This document shows, in pieces, positions 63,818-64,000 of a stretch of 64,000 nucleotides of DNA. Origin of the DNA: Mytilus trossulus (taxonomy: Eukaryota); the NCBI RefSeq assembly GCF_036588685.1, contig NC_086373.1:77748001-77812000 (forward strand), in the 5' to 3' direction. Each line of letters opens with the position of its first letter. The first letter of the stretch is position 1. Made by a program: the position numbers and the translations under genes. Below the pieces are notes generated by a model. It did no database searches. It worked only from the letters and a program-made list of their open reading frames with translations, and was not told where the DNA came from.

Positions 63818-64000
63818 TCTCATATATTGTAGAAACTTGTTCTTGTGCTGTATATAATATGAGAAATATCTTTGTATATAAAGTATACCTTGTTCACATT
63901 GTTCTGGTATTGACTTCCTATTTATTATATATTATAGAATTGAGCACATATCACTTATTCTATTTTGTCCTTGTATTATTCTTGGCTCGCAGATTGTCCT

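Noticed and set aside
40000-64000. Scattered 60-107 aa ORFs as a third gene
   Set aside because: No recognisable domains and no consistent chain of phase-compatible exons; most overlap repeats or low-complexity AT-rich DNA.

Overview
AT-rich eukaryotic genomic DNA with spliceosomal introns. The repeat landscape points to a bivalve mollusc, very likely a Mytilus mussel (inference from the repeat families, not from a search). Two protein-coding genes lie on the minus strand. (1) The first two coding exons of Rab10 (5463-5337, 3007-2947); the gene continues off the left edge. (2) A complete MAK/ICK(CILK1)-family ciliary kinase with 14 coding exons (30596 to 16209, 1761 nt, 586 aa), plus a probable upstream leader exon and a candidate 30-nt microexon. 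The rest is dominated by mobile DNA: decayed LINEs (CR1/L2 group, and an RLE-type HERO-like fragment), Penelope-like RT remnants, Helentron/HINE-type elements carrying 160-166 bp tandem arrays, and many MITEs with readable TIRs and TSDs, one of them nested. The most notable signal is a population of minimal type I hammerhead ribozymes (at least 10 intact or decayed copies between about 36.8 and 63.8 kb) in non-LTR retrozyme-like repeats. These include a tandem pair with intact cores that would release a 359-nt monomer (candidate circRNA), and a truncated copy inserted into a Penelope-like RT reading frame. Retrozymes as a class are already known in mussels; the local architecture is the part worth testing. 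No rRNA, tRNA or CRISPR array was recognised.
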